From Deltaproteobacteria bacterium (lineage in GTDB: Bacteria > Myxococcota > Kuafuiibacteriia > Kuafuiibacteriales > Kuafuiibacteriaceae): a stretch of DNA of 64,000 bases. The notes beneath the pieces are model-generated. The model was not told the origin of the DNA, made no database searches, and worked only from the letters and a program-made list of their open reading frames with translations. The stretch spans positions 64,001 to 128,000 of the forward strand of contig JAVJQW010000022.1 of assembly GCA_040218735.1 (NCBI GenBank), read 5' to 3'. Made by a program: the position numbers and the translations under genes. This document shows, piece after piece, positions 61,677-64,000 of the stretch (position 1 is its first letter; each line of letters opens with the position of its first letter).

Positions 61677-61725
61677 GGGGCTCGTTATCGAGCGGGTCAA
61701 ACCGGACTCGCTACCCTTCGGGTGA

Positions 61726-61742
61726 CCGTGGGTTGCCGGCAC
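61726..61742 (-). promoter_or_regulatory. 17-bp motif, copy 2 (upstream of the ECF sigma gene)
   Basis: ccgtgggttgccggcac, identical to 59000-59016. Confidence 0.65.
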
Positions 61743-61783
61743 CGCCCCTCATGTTCACGGCCGGGGCGATTTTTTTCGACCCG

Positions 61784-62683
61784 TCAGTAGAGCGCGACCT
61801 GGACCCCGACGGTCGCGAAGGGAACGACCGGCCCGCTGACCCACCCCGCACCCGAATACCCAGGCGGGACGGCCACTTGCACGGAGGGGACCCGGAGCTG
61901 CGCGCCGGCCGCCGCGCGGAAGAAGAGGCGGTCACGCCACACCTCGAGCTCGAGCGCGCCGCCGACCCGCACCAGCGCCTCCCAAGCGACGACGCGCTGC
62001 GTCGGCGCGAGATCGGCGAACGTGAGGGGCTCCGCCTCGGCCGTGACCCGCTGCGCCCCGACCCGCACCGCGCCGCGCACCCGCACGACCGTCCACTGCG
62101 CGAACGTCCATGCGCCGTCGAGTCCGAGCGCCAGGGCCTCGGCGTCGCCGGCGATCCCGGTGCTCTCGCGTCGGCAACACACGTGGCCGACCGCGCCGCC
62201 GACGACGGCGAGCGAAGCGCGTCCGATGTCGACGCCGACGCCGAGCTCGAGGCCGAGCTGCGGTTGTCGAGGCCGCCACCACAGCGTCGTGAGCACGTCG
62301 GTCGTCAGGTGCACGCCGAACGTCCTCGGCGCGGGCGGGAGCTCGAAGGGTTCGTCGAGCGCGCGCACCGTCGCCACCGCGCGCGTGGTGAGGAGCGTGG
62401 CGACGCGGAGCGCCTGCTCAGGTTGGCCGGACGGCACGCGGCGCTCGGCGAGCGTGGCGTCGACCGTCGACACCCGGACGAGGAACGTGTCGGCGACGCG
62501 GCGGACGACGACACGCACGCGCGCGAGCCCCGCGCGGGTGAACTCGACGTCACCGATCTCCAGGCTCAACGCACGCGTGAGTGCCTCGGAACGAGAACCG
62601 GCATCGACGGCGATCGAAATTGGGGCGGCGATCGCGGGTGTCGCGAAGCAGAGCGACAGCAGTGTCCCGAAAACGAACCGCAC
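61784..62683 (-). CDS. Secreted hypothetical protein, beta-barrel-like C-terminus
   Basis: Signal peptide ..FATPAIA; amphipathic beta strands; ends in an aromatic residue (VQVALY). Confidence 0.65.
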   Translation of the reverse strand: MRFVFGTLLSLCFATPAIAAPISIAVDAGSRSEALTRALSLEIGDVEFTRAGLARVRVVVRRVADTFLVRVSTVDATLAERRVPSGQPEQALRVATLLTTRAVATVRALDEPFELPPAPRTFGVHLTTDVLTTLWWRPRQPQLGLELGVGVDIGRASLAVVGGAVGHVCCRRESTGIAGDAEALALGLDGAWTFAQWTVVRVRGAVRVGAQRVTAEAEPLTFADLAPTQRVVAWEALVRVGGALELEVWRDRLFFRAAAGAQLRVPSVQVAVPPGYSGAGWVSGPVVPFATVGVQVALY

Positions 62684-62743
62684 CGTGTCGCGCCTTTTAA
62701 CACTCACTCGAAGATCGAGCGCACTCGTCCGAAGAAACGATTG

Positions 62744-63052
62744 ATGCGGATCGCTTCGTCCACTGCCGCGCTCGTCAAGCCGCCCTGCGAGGACTGCGGT
62801 CCTCACGGCGCCAAAGCCAAGGAGGAGCGGGCCCTCGAAGAGATCAAGAACGACAAGGCGATCGAGCGCGTCCGCGAGAAGCGCACCGAGCAGTCGGAGG
62901 GCGTGGCGCCCGCGACCGCGGCGGAGGCCTCGGCGGCCCTCGCCTCCCTGACGCGCGAGGACAGCGTCGAGCCGACGGTCAGCGCGGGCCAGGTCGAGTC
63001 GGCGTACCGTCCGGAGGAGACGCAGGCGGACTCGTTCTCGACCGTCGCCTGA
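62744..63052 (+). CDS. Small hypothetical protein with CxxC
   Basis: 102 aa, PCEDCG, host-like codon usage. Confidence 0.6.
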   Translation: MRIASSTAALVKPPCEDCGPHGAKAKEERALEEIKNDKAIERVREKRTEQSEGVAPATAAEASAALASLTREDSVEPTVSAGQVESAYRPEETQADSFSTVA

Positions 63053-63089
63053 GCAGCAGCGTGTGTCAGGTCGCCGGGAGGGGAGTGCC

Positions 63090-64000
63090 CAGGAACGGCT
63101 GCGCTTTTGGCGTCGGCCGGGGACGCTCTTCCGGTCAGAAGCCGTTCGTCTCGCCGGGTGTGGCCCCTTCACTTCGCTGACTGCCCAGGCGGGCGAGCCG
63201 AACTGATTCCCTCCAGGGCGTCCCCGTCCGCCGCCATCGCTCCGCCTGTCGAGTTTGCCGCTCACCAGCGATCCAATGAATGGAGTGACCCGGGGGAGCT
63301 TCGACCCAACGCACCGCAGATGCGACGCGCTGCCCAGGCGCCCACTCCGCTTTCGACATCGGGCGCGGCGACCTCGGTTCGGCTTGCCGGGCGACCGTCC
63401 GGCGCGGAGATCGCGCTGCGACGCTCGGCAGTACCTGGGTGCGTCGGCGGGGCGGTCCGGCTGTCGGAATCGCCGCGCCCGATGTCTGCGCTCCGCTCGA
63501 CGAGTTGCCTGATTCCAACGCGTGCATCGGCGCGATCTAGCGCCAGTACGAGATCACGATCGAGAAGGCGCCGGGCTCGGGCAACGTGAATAGCGGAGCG
63601 CAGGCGGCGGGCGCGCCGATTCCGAAAGCCGAGCCGCTCCGCCGTGGGCGACAGGCCTTGCCGATCGACGGCGATGGGGTCTCCGCGTCGAACGGACGCC
63701 CACCTCGCCGAACCGAGGTCGGCGTGCCCGCCGCCGGAGCGGAGCGATCACCTGGGCAACGTGTCGAACGAGCACAATCGGTGGAACGAGGCGCCCCGGG
63801 TCACCCACCTCATCGGATGGCCGAGCGAAGGCAACTCGACACGCGGAGCGCAGGCGGCGGGCGGGGACCTCTCCGTAGGGAATCAGTTCGGCTCGCCCGC
63901 CTCGGTCATCAGCGAAGCCGAGGGGCCCCACCCGGCGAGACGAACGGCTTCTGACCGGAGGGGAGGTCCCCGGCCGTCGCCAAACGCGAAGCCGGACCTG
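63090..64000. repeat. Very long imperfect palindrome (arms about 450 nt, 12-nt loop), probably continuing past the window end
   Basis: Perfect paired blocks 63130-63160/63929-63959 (31 bp), 63187-63212/63877-63902 (26 bp), 63370-63383/63707-63720, 63486-63497/63592-63603, 63534-63538/63551-63555. Confidence 0.95.

Noticed and set aside
63135-63954. Two ORFs both ending RESVRLARLG...PGETNGF (63135-63527 minus, 63586-63954 plus) as paralogous genes
   Set aside because: Similarity follows from the DNA palindrome; the frames diverge mid-way; no RBS or codon bias.

Overview
High-GC window, most likely from a myxobacterium (Myxococcota). This rests on two FHA-sigma54 activators, a Myxococcus-type Cys-rich repeat and an ECF/FecR pair. 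It has three parts. (1) 1-22.4 kb, host-like: partial katG; an FHA-sigma54 activator divergent from a sigma54-promoter operon (alpha-oxoamine synthase-like enzyme, 1780-aa cNMP-patatin-OmpA-like-WD40 protein, MDR reductase); then GT4, OPT, ttcA, def, xth, SDR and small genes. (2) About 22.4-41.1 kb: a visibly more AT-rich defence island, all on the minus strand, with no integrase. It encodes McrB-like, McrC/DUF2357-like, Vsr, 5mC methyltransferase, DruH-like, a giant DruE-like helicase and a NERD-SF1 helicase, with decayed OLD-nuclease and IS21-like remnants at the left edge. (3) 41.1-64 kb, host-like: a LigA paralogue lacking catalytic motifs, rho, an 11x CARDB lipoprotein with a sigma54 promoter and convergent activator, a TetR-P450 module, an ECF/anti-sigma/Cys-rich lipoprotein module, and an imperfect palindrome of at least 910 nt (63090 to the window end) with a 12-nt loop. 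No tRNA, rRNA or CRISPR array was seen. All calls come from reading motifs by eye; no database search was run.
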